A stretch of 64,000 bases of DNA, from positions 2,944,001-3,008,000 of the forward strand of contig OZ250172.1 in NCBI GenBank assembly GCA_965237905.1, read 5' to 3'. Position 1 is the stretch's first letter, and every line of letters starts with the position of its first letter. Both the position numbers and the translations under genes were made by a program. The notes under the pieces are model-generated. The model was given only the letters and a program-made list of their open reading frames with translations, had not been told where the DNA came from and did no database searches. This DNA comes from Nitrospinaceae bacterium. Lineage in GTDB: Bacteria; Nitrospinota; Nitrospinia; Nitrospinales; Nitrospinaceae. Shown in pieces: positions 27,700 to 40,229 of this stretch.

Positions 27700-29847
27700 A
27701 TGACCACCAAACGTTTGTTCATTTTACTGCCTGTGCTTTTGATCGGGATATTGATCCAGTCCTTTTTCTGGGTGCCGACCTATGACAAACAGGTTGCAGG
27801 CAATCCGAAACGGCTGATCAAATTCATCGAAAGCTCCAGCGGAGATGCCCGAATATTAAATCCTATCTTGCATGCTGACACGGCCAGCGGCGATATCGTG
27901 AGCAAAGTATTCGACGGTCTGCTCGATCTGGATGACCAATTGAATTTGCGGCCCCGCCTCGCCGAAAGCTGGACTCAGTATGAAGAAACTTACCTGACGT
28001 TAGTCCCGCATCAATCCATCGCCCGAAATCTTCCTGCGCGTCCGGAAGATTGGATCCCTTACATTCAGAACAAAATGCAAGCGTCTCCCCAGTGGAGAAG
28101 CAATATCCGGTCGATGGAAGTGATTCCCGCTCGCGATAGCGTGGGAAGCGTGCAGGTGCCGGTTTTGGATGAAAAAGGCGAGATCGTTAAAGAAAATGGC
28201 CGCCCGAAAATGCTGGCTTTGGAATACACCCTGCGCCAGCCGCCTCGCCTGAAGTTCACACTGGGAAAGGTGGACCAGTATTTCTTCAACCCTCTCATTG
28301 AGATTCTCGGTAAGGGTTATGTCGACCGCTTTCCCTATGGTCAGTTTATAGCTCCCAAGAATCCCGGCCAGCGTTCTCTGCTCGAAAACTATTATCCCGA
28401 AATTCTTAGCGTGATGGAGCACAATCCGGTCCTCGTTTTTCAGTTAAGAAAAGGCGTGCGGTTTCACGACGGACACGAGTTCGACTCTGGCGACGTCCTG
28501 TTTACCTACCGGTCCATCATGAACCTCCGTAACGCGTCGCCGCGGACATCGGATTATGAGCCTGTCAAATCGACGGAGGTGCTGGGGAAATACAAAATAA
28601 AATTTGTGTACAAGCGTCTTTTTTCTCCCGCCATCAATGCCTGGGCGATGGGTATGTTGCCGGAACATCTGTTGAATGCGGAAGCGTTGCAACGGGAAGC
28701 GCAGGACAAAAATCTAAGTGAAGAACAAATTGAAAAATTTAATATGCGCGACAGCGATTTCAACCGCAACCCCATGGGCACTGGGCCATTTGTTTTTAAG
28801 GAGTGGAAAGGCGACCAGTTGATCCGGTTGGTCCGGAACGAAGATTACTGGGAAGGTCCGCCCGAATACGTCGAATATGTCATGCGTATTATTTCTGATC
28901 CTCTAACCCAGGAAATGGAGTTTTATTCCGGTGCTGCGGACGATTACCATGTGCTTCCCCATCAGGTGGCCCGACTCAGAGCGGATCCGAAGTACCAGAA
29001 TTTTTCTGCTGTGGGATTCGCTTATGCTTATATTGGATACAACCTGCGCAAGCCTCTGTTCCAGTCGCCGGAAGTCCGCAAGGCCCTGGGTATGGCGATT
29101 GATGTCGAACAAATCATTAAATATGTTCTGTATAACGAGGGCGAGAGAGTCACCGGACCTTATCCCAAAATCACCGATTGGTATGATCACGATGTGCAAC
29201 CGATTTCCTACGATCCGGAAGGGGCTCTGCGCATTCTGAATAAATTGGGTTGGAAGAAAAACGAAGATGGTTGGCTGGAAAAAGACGGGAAGCTGTTTGA
29301 GTTTAACTTGATAACCAATTTTGGCAATCCTGTTCGCAAAAGCATTCTGTCCATCGTTCAAAATTACTGGCGCAAGATCGGAGTCAAATGCAATACGCAG
29401 GTATTTGAATGGGCGGTGTTCCTCAAGGACTTTGTCAACGCGCTCAAATTTGACGCCCTGGTTTTGGGCTGGAGTATGGGGACGGATCCCGACTTGTATC
29501 AGCTCTGGCATTCCAGTCAAGCCGGACCCAAGCAGTTGAATTTCGTCGGCTATCGAAACCCGGAGGCGGACCGCCTAATCGTGGCCATCCGCCAGGAGTA
29601 CGACAAGGCGAAGCAGATTCAATTGACACGGGAACTGCATCGCCTGATCGCCCGGGACCAACCCTACACGTTTTTATATGTGAACAAGGCCACTCGTCTT
29701 CTCGATAAAAAAATCGTTATTGTCGAACGTCAGGCGGATGGTTCCGAAAAGTACGTCAAGATTTATCCGGTCAAGGGAGGGGAGATAAAATACTATTTCA
29801 ACAAATGGAGGAAATTGAATTCCGTTCCTCAGTTCAGCCCCGGCTAA
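27700..29847 (+). CDS. Peptide/nickel ABC transporter substrate-binding protein (family 5) with a large insertion
   Basis: LNPIL, LAESW, LRKGVRFHDG, PMGTGPF, VRKALGMAID. Confidence 0.9.
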   Translation: MTTKRLFILLPVLLIGILIQSFFWVPTYDKQVAGNPKRLIKFIESSSGDARILNPILHADTASGDIVSKVFDGLLDLDDQLNLRPRLAESWTQYEETYLTLVPHQSIARNLPARPEDWIPYIQNKMQASPQWRSNIRSMEVIPARDSVGSVQVPVLDEKGEIVKENGRPKMLALEYTLRQPPRLKFTLGKVDQYFFNPLIEILGKGYVDRFPYGQFIAPKNPGQRSLLENYYPEILSVMEHNPVLVFQLRKGVRFHDGHEFDSGDVLFTYRSIMNLRNASPRTSDYEPVKSTEVLGKYKIKFVYKRLFSPAINAWAMGMLPEHLLNAEALQREAQDKNLSEEQIEKFNMRDSDFNRNPMGTGPFVFKEWKGDQLIRLVRNEDYWEGPPEYVEYVMRIISDPLTQEMEFYSGAADDYHVLPHQVARLRADPKYQNFSAVGFAYAYIGYNLRKPLFQSPEVRKALGMAIDVEQIIKYVLYNEGERVTGPYPKITDWYDHDVQPISYDPEGALRILNKLGWKKNEDGWLEKDGKLFEFNLITNFGNPVRKSILSIVQNYWRKIGVKCNTQVFEWAVFLKDFVNALKFDALVLGWSMGTDPDLYQLWHSSQAGPKQLNFVGYRNPEADRLIVAIRQEYDKAKQIQLTRELHRLIARDQPYTFLYVNKATRLLDKKIVIVERQADGSEKYVKIYPVKGGEIKYYFNKWRKLNSVPQFSPG

Positions 29848-29866
29848 AGGCGACACGCCTGTTTTG

Positions 29867-31030
29867 TTATTTCATAACCCGCCTTCTCAAAAAGATATCC
29901 ACCGTGCCCTCGGAATTACTGGCGACGGCGATGTCGCTCATACCATCACCGTTGAAATCCCCGGTGGTCAACATCAATGGTGTTCCGCCCGTCACATAAT
30001 CGCGCACCGGAAAATGAAAACTGCCGTTGGGATTGCGCGTGATCAGTGAAAATGTACTGCTCCGGGAATTGGCGACGGCCACGTCGATTTGTTTATCGTT
30101 ATCGAAATCATTGAGAGCCAACGCAATGGGGCCGCCCCCGCCGGCAAATGCGATTTCTTTTTTGAAAGTCCCGTCTCCGTTCGCCGGCAGAAAGTACAAG
30201 TTGTCCCCCGAGCCCGAGGCGGCGACCAAATCGGCAAAGCCGTCGGCGTCCATATCTGCTTGGGCCAGTGCCAGGCATCCCAATCCTTGTGCGATTTTTG
30301 CCGAGGTGGGGAAGGTGCCATCCCCCTGCCCAAAATAAAGGCGGATGGAACTGGCGTTACTGCTGTGCACGGCGAGGGCGATATCCACATGGCCGTCCCG
30401 GTTGAAATCTCCCGTGACGCCGGAAAACGAGCGGGAGCCGGTTTCATAGGATTCCCCTTTGGTGAATCCCCCATCGCCTTTTCCCAGATAGATTTCCATT
30501 TTGCTGAACGTCAGTGTGACGGCGGCATCCGAAAAACCGTCGCCATTGAAGTCTCCCATGGTGATGGATAGAGGCACTTGGCCGGTGGGGATGGACCGCG
30601 GTTTGGAAAAGGAGTTTTTCCCTTTACCCAGCAGGACCGTCAGAGAGTTCCTTCCCCGCGAATTGGCGATGATATCCGGCCAGCCGTCCTTATTCACGTC
30701 GGTCACCACCAATGCTGAGGGCTCTAAGGGTACCGAAAGGGCCGGGCCGGATTTGAAGGAGCCATTGCCCCGACCGAACAGAATCGAAAGGCTGTGGCCT
30801 CTGGAATTGGCGGAGACCAGATCGGCTTCCCCATCAAGGTTGAGGTCCGCCGCAACCACGTAAGTGGGCCCCAGACCCACCCGGACCGAGTTGAACTTGG
30901 AAAACACGTCCGGCGGCTTGGGAGGGAGGTCACATCCCCCGAAAAGCCCGCCTGTCAGCAGAAAGGCAGACCACAGGCTGATAAAAGGGGTCACGGCAGA
31001 GCTATTTCCTCTTGATTTTGATTTATCCAT
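29867..31030 (-). CDS. FG-GAP/VCBS repeat beta-propeller lipoprotein
   Basis: Seven D(F/L/V/M)(N/D)xDxxxD repeats; LFGGC lipobox-like motif. Confidence 0.88.
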   Translation of the reverse strand: MDKSKSRGNSSAVTPFISLWSAFLLTGGLFGGCDLPPKPPDVFSKFNSVRVGLGPTYVVAADLNLDGEADLVSANSRGHSLSILFGRGNGSFKSGPALSVPLEPSALVVTDVNKDGWPDIIANSRGRNSLTVLLGKGKNSFSKPRSIPTGQVPLSITMGDFNGDGFSDAAVTLTFSKMEIYLGKGDGGFTKGESYETGSRSFSGVTGDFNRDGHVDIALAVHSSNASSIRLYFGQGDGTFPTSAKIAQGLGCLALAQADMDADGFADLVAASGSGDNLYFLPANGDGTFKKEIAFAGGGGPIALALNDFDNDKQIDVAVANSRSSTFSLITRNPNGSFHFPVRDYVTGGTPLMLTTGDFNGDGMSDIAVASNSEGTVDIFLRRRVMK

Positions 31031-31060
31031 GTGACAATATTGATCCCAATTTTATATTCA

Positions 31061-31106
31061 CCCCTCGCTCCAGCCAGAACGGTTGGGGCTGTAACCCATG
31101 AGGAGG
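31061..31106 (+). promoter_or_regulatory. Probable S6:S18 ribosomal protein leader
   Basis: ccc-tc-gctcc-agcc...ggtt-ggggc...gaggagg hairpin that sequesters the SD directly before rpsF. Confidence 0.5.
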
Positions 31107-31112
31107 CCTTCG

Positions 31113-31544
31113 TTGCGCAACTATCAGTCTGTCCTTATTCTCAAGCCCGATCTGGATGAAGCTCAGGTCGAGCAATCCATCGAAAAAATTACCTCGCTTA
31201 TCCAGAAATTTGGTGGTTCCATCCTCAAGCTCGATAACTGGGGTAAGAAGCGCCTCTCCTATCGCGTTAAGAAAAACAAATTCGGATATTACCTCAATAT
31301 TTATCATACCTGCGAAGAAGGCGGGGTTCCCGCTCTGGAGAAAGAATATCAGCTTTATGAGCTGATCATCAAATATTTGGTGATTCGGCTGGAGGAGCGC
31401 GACATCGAGCGGGTTATGAGTCAGGCAGCCGAGAGTCCGGAATCCTCCGAAGCCGGTGCCGAGGGCGGTTCTAAAGAAGTCACTACCCCTGAAAAATCAG
31501 AGGACGATTCCAAAAAAGACGTTGTCGCTGAAAAAGAGGATTAA
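31113..31544 (+). CDS. rpsF: 30S ribosomal protein S6 with acidic C-terminal tail
   Basis: NYQSVLILKPDL, WGKKRLSYRVKK; TTG start after AGGAGG. Confidence 0.95.
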   Translation: MRNYQSVLILKPDLDEAQVEQSIEKITSLIQKFGGSILKLDNWGKKRLSYRVKKNKFGYYLNIYHTCEEGGVPALEKEYQLYELIIKYLVIRLEERDIERVMSQAAESPESSEAGAEGGSKEVTTPEKSEDDSKKDVVAEKED

Positions 31545-31587
31545 GTTTAGAATTTTTTGTAAACCCATTTCCTGAAATGGAGGGGTT

Positions 31588-31983
31588 ATGGCCAGTTTCA
31601 ATAAAGTTTTACTTATGGGAAATCTAACCCGCGATCCTGAATTGCGATTCACTTCCAATGGTTCTGCTCTCACTAAGTTTGGATTGGCAGTGAACCGCAA
31701 ATACAAGGCGGGGGAGGAATGGAAGGAAGAGGTCTGTTTCGTCGATATCACCGTCTGGGGCAAGCAGGCTGAGAATTGCGCCGAGTATTTGAGCAAGGGG
31801 AGGCCGGTGTTTATTGAAGGCCGCCTGCAGTTCAGTTCCTGGGAAACCGACGACGGCCAGAAACGCAACAAACTGGAAGTCGTGGCCAACACCGTTCAAT
31901 TTTTAGGCCAGGCGGGCGGCGGCAAGCCGGGTATGCAACCGGATATGGAAGATGTTCCCGTCAAAGATGATATTCCTTTTTAA
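31588..31983 (+). CDS. ssb: Single-stranded DNA-binding protein
   Basis: NKVLLMGNLTRDPELR, C-terminal DDIPF. Confidence 0.97.
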   Translation: MASFNKVLLMGNLTRDPELRFTSNGSALTKFGLAVNRKYKAGEEWKEEVCFVDITVWGKQAENCAEYLSKGRPVFIEGRLQFSSWETDDGQKRNKLEVVANTVQFLGQAGGGKPGMQPDMEDVPVKDDIPF

Positions 31984-32009
31984 TCATGATTTAATGTTTT
32001 GAGGCAAGA

Positions 32010-32252
32010 ATGAAAAACCCAACAAAAAAGAAACGGACTCTGTTCACGCAGAAAATCTGCCGTTTTTGTTCCGAGAAAATCCCGTTCATTGATTTTTTGG
32101 ATACCAAACTTTTGAAACCCTTGATTTCTGAACGGGGGAAGATTGTACCGTCGCGTATTTCAGGTAACTGCGCACGTCACCAGCGGCAAATGACAGAGGC
32201 CATCAAAAGAGCCCGTAGCATCGCCTTGCTGCCTTTTTCTGAAGAACACTAA
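32010..32252 (+). CDS. rpsR: 30S ribosomal protein S18
   Basis: [30 protein letters not shown]. Confidence 0.97.
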   Translation: MKNPTKKKRTLFTQKICRFCSEKIPFIDFLDTKLLKPLISERGKIVPSRISGNCARHQRQMTEAIKRARSIALLPFSEEH

Positions 32253-32253
32253 T

Positions 32254-33240
32254 GTGGTCGACCGGTTTCAAGCAAGAGACGTTTTAATACCTTACGGGAT
32301 ATTTCTGGTCATCATCCTGGTGGCCTTTGTGGCTCCCTCGTTGGGGATGCTCGTTGGGATGTTTACCCCGGTTCCTCTGATTTTGGTTTATCTGCAAAGA
32401 GGCAAGATCACCGGGTTGATTACGATTACGGGGGTCGGCCTGGCTTTGCTGGTTCTGACCGGGCCTCAGTTGGCGATCGCATTTATAACGGCCTATGGAA
32501 TTATGGCCGCCGCCATGGCCGAGACGACCCGTTTGTCGTTTTCTTTTGAAAAGATCATAGGGATCAGCACACTGGTTCCGGCAGTTTTGACTCTGCTGAT
32601 ATTGTTTGCAGGACTGGCCGGGGAGGGAGAGTCTTCCATGAAGGCTTTGGAGGACACTCTCAAGGATGCGTCAGAAAGTTACATTCAGATTCTTGAAAAA
32701 TCGGGTGAGACTCCGGAAACTTTAAAAGAAGTCCGGAAAGCCGTGGAGGACGCAGTACCCACAGCGGCGAGAGTTTTTCCGTCGTTCGTTTTAATCAGTA
32801 CCCTGGTGGGAGCCGTCATTAATTTTCTTGCAGTGCGGTATTTGTGGCTCCGATTTTATTCCAGGGAATACTTCGAGGGAATGGACGTGAGTCGGTGGAT
32901 GCTTCCGGATGCCATTGTCTGGGCGTTGATCGCCTCCATTGGGTCCCTGTTTTTTGGGCCGGGGATCAGCCAAGTGGCGGGAATGAATCTGACGATCATT
33001 CTTGTGTTTTTGTATTTTTTACAGGGTCTGTCGGTCGTGACCCATATTTTAAAAACGAAGGCAGCTCCCAAGTGGGTCTGGATTATTGTGTTCATCCTGA
33101 TCCCGCTGAATTCTATGTTCCTCGGATTGGCTCCCATGTTCTTGGGGTTGGTTATGGGGATAGGGATATTCGATATTTGGGTGGATTTTAGAAAAATTCG
33201 AGTGACGCCGCCACCGGATTCCATGAATTCGATGGAATAA
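32254..33240 (+). CDS. YybS/DUF2232 membrane protein
   Basis: Conserved position between rpsR and rplI; YFLQGLSV, GIFDIWVDFRK. Confidence 0.88.
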   Translation: MVDRFQARDVLIPYGIFLVIILVAFVAPSLGMLVGMFTPVPLILVYLQRGKITGLITITGVGLALLVLTGPQLAIAFITAYGIMAAAMAETTRLSFSFEKIIGISTLVPAVLTLLILFAGLAGEGESSMKALEDTLKDASESYIQILEKSGETPETLKEVRKAVEDAVPTAARVFPSFVLISTLVGAVINFLAVRYLWLRFYSREYFEGMDVSRWMLPDAIVWALIASIGSLFFGPGISQVAGMNLTIILVFLYFLQGLSVVTHILKTKAAPKWVWIIVFILIPLNSMFLGLAPMFLGLVMGIGIFDIWVDFRKIRVTPPPDSMNSME

Positions 33241-33287
33241 TCCGGTTGCGACGCGATTGTTATCGAGGAAGGAGAAGTGGTATCGCA

Positions 33288-33848
33288 ATGAAAGTTTTAT
33301 TGAAAGAAGATGTCAATAAGCTGGGGTCGGTAGGCGACGAGGTGGAAGTGAAGGACGGCTACGGCCGTAATTTTCTGATTCCCACGGGTAAGGCCCTGCT
33401 GGCAACCCCGAAAAACCTGAAGCAGTTTCGTCATCAGAAAAGTATCGTCGACCATAAAGTTAAAAAGTTCAAAGGAGCGGCCCAAACGATAGCGGACCAG
33501 TTGGCCAAGCTATCTCTTTCCGTGAAGAAAAATGTAGGAGAACAGGGCAAACTGTTTGGTTCTGTCACTTCTCAGGAGATTGCCGATCTGGTCTTCGCTA
33601 AAGGGGTAGAAATCGACCGCCGCAAAATCCAGTTGAGCGAACCTATCAAATCCCTGGGCGAATTCAAGATTCCGATAAAGCTGCACCCGCAAGTTACCGC
33701 CGAAATTACATTGACTGTATCCGCTGAAAAGTCGGTCGAGACTCCGGAAGCCACGAAAGTTCCCGAAGGTGATTCCAAAACCAAAACGCCTGTGGAAGAA
33801 TCTGTGGAAAACCCGGAAGAACCTGTGGAAAACTCAAAAGAAGGTTAA
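33288..33848 (+). CDS. rplI: 50S ribosomal protein L9 with acidic C-terminal extension
   Basis: MKVLLKEDV, VKDGYGRNFLIP, KLFGSVT. Confidence 0.96.
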   Translation: MKVLLKEDVNKLGSVGDEVEVKDGYGRNFLIPTGKALLATPKNLKQFRHQKSIVDHKVKKFKGAAQTIADQLAKLSLSVKKNVGEQGKLFGSVTSQEIADLVFAKGVEIDRRKIQLSEPIKSLGEFKIPIKLHPQVTAEITLTVSAEKSVETPEATKVPEGDSKTKTPVEESVENPEEPVENSKEG

Positions 33849-33910
33849 TTCGGCGGGTGTGTGCCTTATTTAAAGATTGAGCAAAGAGTATGCCTCTGAT
33901 ATAAAAAGGC

Positions 33911-35284
33911 ATGCCGGACGTCGCCGACATCTCCCTGAGAAAACTTCCCCCCTACAATGAAGAGGCGGAGCAATATGTGCTGGCTGCCTGTTTCGGATCC
34001 GGCGATGCTTTTGCCCGCGCTCTTGAAATCATCGAGCTGGATGATTTCTATAAAACCAGCCACCGGAAAATTTTTTCCGGTATGCAGTTTCTATTTGAAG
34101 CTAACCAGCCGATCGATATTCTCACTGTTGCGGATCGTCTCCGAAAAAGTAGCGAGCTGGATGATGCTGGAGGGATGGATTATCTGGACTTCCTGGAAGG
34201 TCTGGTTCCCACGTCCGCCGCTATTTCCCATCATTCAAAAATCATCCGAGAGAAAAAAGTCTTGCGGGACTTGATTGAGACCGCCACGGAAATTGTGGCG
34301 AGCAGTTACGAAGATTCGGATGATGCGGATGAAATTCTGGATAAGGCCGAGCGGTCCATCTTTGAAATTTCCGAAAAGCGGACCAAACGATCTTTCTACA
34401 GTATCAAAGAGATTATCAAAAGCAGTTTTGATTCCATCGAAAAACTGTTTGAAAAACCTGGAATGGTGACGGGAGTGGAAACCGGGTTCCGCGAGTTGGA
34501 TCAAATCACCTCCGGCCTGCAACCGTCTGATCTGGTGATCATCGCCGGGCGCCCCAGCATGGGCAAAACCAGCTTCGCACTGGATATCGCCCGGTTTGCC
34601 GCCTGCAAACGCAAGGTGCCGACAGCGATTTTCAGCCTGGAAATGTCCAAAGAACAACTCGGCCTGCGCATGTTGTGCGCCGAAGCACGGGTCAGCTCCG
34701 TCAAGTTGAGGACGGGATTTCTCGCGACTTCCGACTGGCCGAATTTGACCGCCGCCGCCGGGCGAATCTCCGAGGCCCCGATATTTATCGACGATAGTCC
34801 GCAATTGGCCACGCTGGATATTCGCGCCCGGTCCCGCCGGTTAAAGGCGGAGCATTCGCTGGGACTGGTTATCGTCGACTATCTCCAGCTCATGCATGGA
34901 TCCAGGAAAATAGAAAGCCGCCAATTGGAAATCTCCGAAATCTCGCGCGGCTTGAAAGGGCTGGCCAAAGAACTGAACGTACCTATTATCGCCCTGTCCC
35001 AGTTGAGTCGTGCGGTAGAGAGCCGGACGGATAAACGTCCGTTGTTGTCCGATTTGCGTGAGTCGGGTTCCATTGAGCAGGATGCCGATGTGGTGGCATT
35101 CATTTACAGGGAGGAGGTATACGATTCTGAGACGACCAAGGCTGGAATCGCTGAGATATTGATTCGCAAGCAGAGAAACGGTCCTATTGGAGATGTCGAA
35201 CTCGCCTTCCTGAAAGAGTATACACGGTTCGAAAATCTGGCTCATCACGATGCCGAACTCGAACCCGCCCCGATGGAACTTTGA
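33911..35284 (+). CDS. dnaB: Replicative DNA helicase
   Basis: GRPSMGKT, DYLQL, LSQLSR, DLRESGSIEQDAD, KQRNGP; no intein. Confidence 0.98.
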   Translation: MPDVADISLRKLPPYNEEAEQYVLAACFGSGDAFARALEIIELDDFYKTSHRKIFSGMQFLFEANQPIDILTVADRLRKSSELDDAGGMDYLDFLEGLVPTSAAISHHSKIIREKKVLRDLIETATEIVASSYEDSDDADEILDKAERSIFEISEKRTKRSFYSIKEIIKSSFDSIEKLFEKPGMVTGVETGFRELDQITSGLQPSDLVIIAGRPSMGKTSFALDIARFAACKRKVPTAIFSLEMSKEQLGLRMLCAEARVSSVKLRTGFLATSDWPNLTAAAGRISEAPIFIDDSPQLATLDIRARSRRLKAEHSLGLVIVDYLQLMHGSRKIESRQLEISEISRGLKGLAKELNVPIIALSQLSRAVESRTDKRPLLSDLRESGSIEQDADVVAFIYREEVYDSETTKAGIAEILIRKQRNGPIGDVELAFLKEYTRFENLAHHDAELEPAPMEL

Positions 35285-36219
35285 GCCGGAAGTTGACGGT
35301 GAAAAAAAACTGCGCACGTTCATTGTATTTTGCCATTGGTCTGACCCTTATAATGTTCTTTGGAATACTTCCACCCACCTGGGCTCAATCGCCGGAACAT
35401 TCGCAAAGTTTCAATATTTCTCCCCTGCAAAAAGGGGAGGTTTTCTTGTTCGCCAAAAAACCCGCGGAAGCACTGAAGGTTTTCCAGGATCTGTGGCAAC
35501 GGGAACCGCAGAACAGTTATGCCGTCCGGGGAATCGTCCGTTCTTACCAGGCCCTGGAGCAATTGCCGGAGGCTGTTTCCTTGCTGAATCTATATCTTGA
35601 AAAACATTCTCAATCTTCTTCCGCCAAATACGGTTTGGGTTATGCTTTTTATTTGCAGGGGCGGTTTGAAGAATCCAGAAGGGTTTTGGATGAGGCATTA
35701 AGTTTTGATCGAGAAAATGCTCTAGCGCTCAATAATCTGGCCGCAGTGTTGGCGGAGTTGAAAGAGTATGCGGGCGCGTTGAAGCGGGTGAAAGAGGCGA
35801 TCAATAGGGCTCCCGATGAATTGATATTTTATCGAAACCTTCAAATGATTTATGTCAGCTCCGGAAATCCTGATAAATTTGAAGAAGAATACCGACATTC
35901 ACTTGTGGAAGATCCCCCGACAAAAGCGAAGGGTTATGGTCTTGTTCTGGCGCAACAATTACGGCAGAAAAGTTTCAAATTGTATAGTGACGGGAAAATG
36001 GAGGAGACTATTAAAACGATTGGCGACATGTTGAGTCTCTATCGTGAGATAAATCATAAGCCGGGTATTGTTGCGGGTTTGTTCAGTTTGGCGGTGCTGT
36101 ATGAGGAGCAGGGAAAGGTCGAACTCGCTTTGGAAAAATATCGAGAAGTCTTGAAAATCAACCCCCAACATATTCAGGCGCGCGAAAAATTACGTTCATT
36201 GGACACGAAAAAAGAGTAA
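35281..36219 (+). CDS. Exported TPR-repeat protein
   Basis: Signal-peptide-like N-terminus and TPR patterns (AKYGLGYAFYLQGRFEE, ALNNLA, LAVLYEEQGKVELA). Confidence 0.85.
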   Translation: MSRKLTVKKNCARSLYFAIGLTLIMFFGILPPTWAQSPEHSQSFNISPLQKGEVFLFAKKPAEALKVFQDLWQREPQNSYAVRGIVRSYQALEQLPEAVSLLNLYLEKHSQSSSAKYGLGYAFYLQGRFEESRRVLDEALSFDRENALALNNLAAVLAELKEYAGALKRVKEAINRAPDELIFYRNLQMIYVSSGNPDKFEEEYRHSLVEDPPTKAKGYGLVLAQQLRQKSFKLYSDGKMEETIKTIGDMLSLYREINHKPGIVAGLFSLAVLYEEQGKVELALEKYREVLKINPQHIQAREKLRSLDTKKE

Positions 36220-36417
36220 CAGTAAGTGTTAAAAAAGATTAACAGTGGGTGTTTATGAAACCGTGCCAAATTCAAGGATTTAGCACGGATTCCCCCTCTG
36301 TGGGGTAGTTATCAAAATGAAATAACGTTTGACAAAAGAGCGGGTTAGCCATTAATCTGAGTTCATAGTCAGGAATACAGGGGGCTTTAAGGGCTCCCGA
36401 CAAATCCATAAGGAGGA

Positions 36418-37350
36418 TTGGTGCAAAAAGACGCTTATACTATCGTTGTGTTTCCCGGTTCAACCGGCTCACCCAAGAGGATTCAACTTTCCAAGAATTC
36501 CGCGAAGGTTGCTCTTATTTCTCTCGTGGTTTTGTCCCTTTGTTTTGGCGGAGCAGGTATCTACTCCATCAACCAGTATTTTAATTACCAGAATGGTCAG
36601 GTTGAGCTGGCTTCGTTGAAGAGACAAGAGAAAATCCAAAAAACACAAATTGATAAATTCGGTAAGCAGGTCCGGTCTTTCGAAACAGAAATGGCCCGCT
36701 TGGAAAGTTTCGAGAAGAAACTGCGGATCATTACCTCTTTTGAGAATTCTCCAAAAGGAAATCAGGGGCACCTGGGTGTCGGTGGTCCTTACGGATTGTC
36801 CTCGCACAGTTTTACTACCTCCTTGGAAAAAGAAACCCAATCCATGCTGGACCGCTTGTCCGGCGATTTGGGTATACTGACTAGCCAAATCAAGATGCGC
36901 CAGTTCAGTTTTCAGGAACTGGATGACTATTTGAAAAATCAAAAATCCCTGCTGGCTTCCACCCCTTCCATCTGGCCGACACGGGGTTGGGTGACTTCCG
37001 GTTTTGGTTACCGTAAATCGCCCTTTACCGGTCTCCCGGAAAAGCATGAAGGTCTGGATATCGCTGCACGGCTGGGATCCGAGGTTCGTGCGACTGCCGA
37101 TGGGAAAGTTATCCTGGCGGGGCGTGAGAACGGCTATGGAAATATGATCGAAGTCGATCACGGTTATGGGGTGCTGACCCGTTATGGTCATAATTCCAAA
37201 AATCTGGTGAAGGTCGGAGACAAGATAAAGCGTGGGCAAGTGATTGCATTGATCGGGAGTACCGGTCGAAGCACCGGCCCCCATGTTCATTACGAAGTCC
37301 TCGTTAATGGGATTCCGGTCAGCCCGAGAAATTATATTCTGGAAGACTGA
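36418..37350 (+). CDS. M23 family metallopeptidase
   Basis: PSIWP, HEGLD, YGHN, GRSTGPHVHYEV. Confidence 0.95.
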   Translation: MVQKDAYTIVVFPGSTGSPKRIQLSKNSAKVALISLVVLSLCFGGAGIYSINQYFNYQNGQVELASLKRQEKIQKTQIDKFGKQVRSFETEMARLESFEKKLRIITSFENSPKGNQGHLGVGGPYGLSSHSFTTSLEKETQSMLDRLSGDLGILTSQIKMRQFSFQELDDYLKNQKSLLASTPSIWPTRGWVTSGFGYRKSPFTGLPEKHEGLDIAARLGSEVRATADGKVILAGRENGYGNMIEVDHGYGVLTRYGHNSKNLVKVGDKIKRGQVIALIGSTGRSTGPHVHYEVLVNGIPVSPRNYILED

Positions 37351-37372
37351 TTCCAACTCGGTTAACCACTTG

Positions 37373-37401
37373 GGACGCTTTATCAAGCGTCCTATTTTTT
37401 T
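37373..37401 (+). terminator. Rho-independent terminator after M23 gene
   Basis: ggacgctt-tatc-aagcgtcc followed by tattttttt. Confidence 0.75.
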
Positions 37402-37652
37402 GTCTTTTTCAGAAACGGGTTTATCCCCAAACGTATTCTCCCGCCTTTGATATTCCTCCAAAACATACCCCGGAGGACGGGATTTTTGGTATACTTGTTG
37501 TCTTAGGGGCATTTGAGCTCCCGTCACTCCGATTAAACTATGGTTTTCCTTTAAACCCTCGTGTTGAAAAATCGCCACAAAAAATTAATTTTTATTCACC
37601 CATGAATGCTCAGGGATATCTAAACTCCCGGATGAACTATTAAAGGACTTGT

Positions 37653-40220
<2,568 letters not shown>

Positions 40221-40229
40221 GAGGAGAGG

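Noticed and set aside
36255..36272. Sigma54 promoter (TGGCACG on minus strand; also near 54290)
   Set aside because: The -12 TTGC element is absent in both cases.
36469..37578. 369-aa minus ORF, and similar shadows over trpS, ileS, lgt, degQ and Sir2
   Set aside because: They overlap well-supported genes on the opposite strand and show no recognisable domains.
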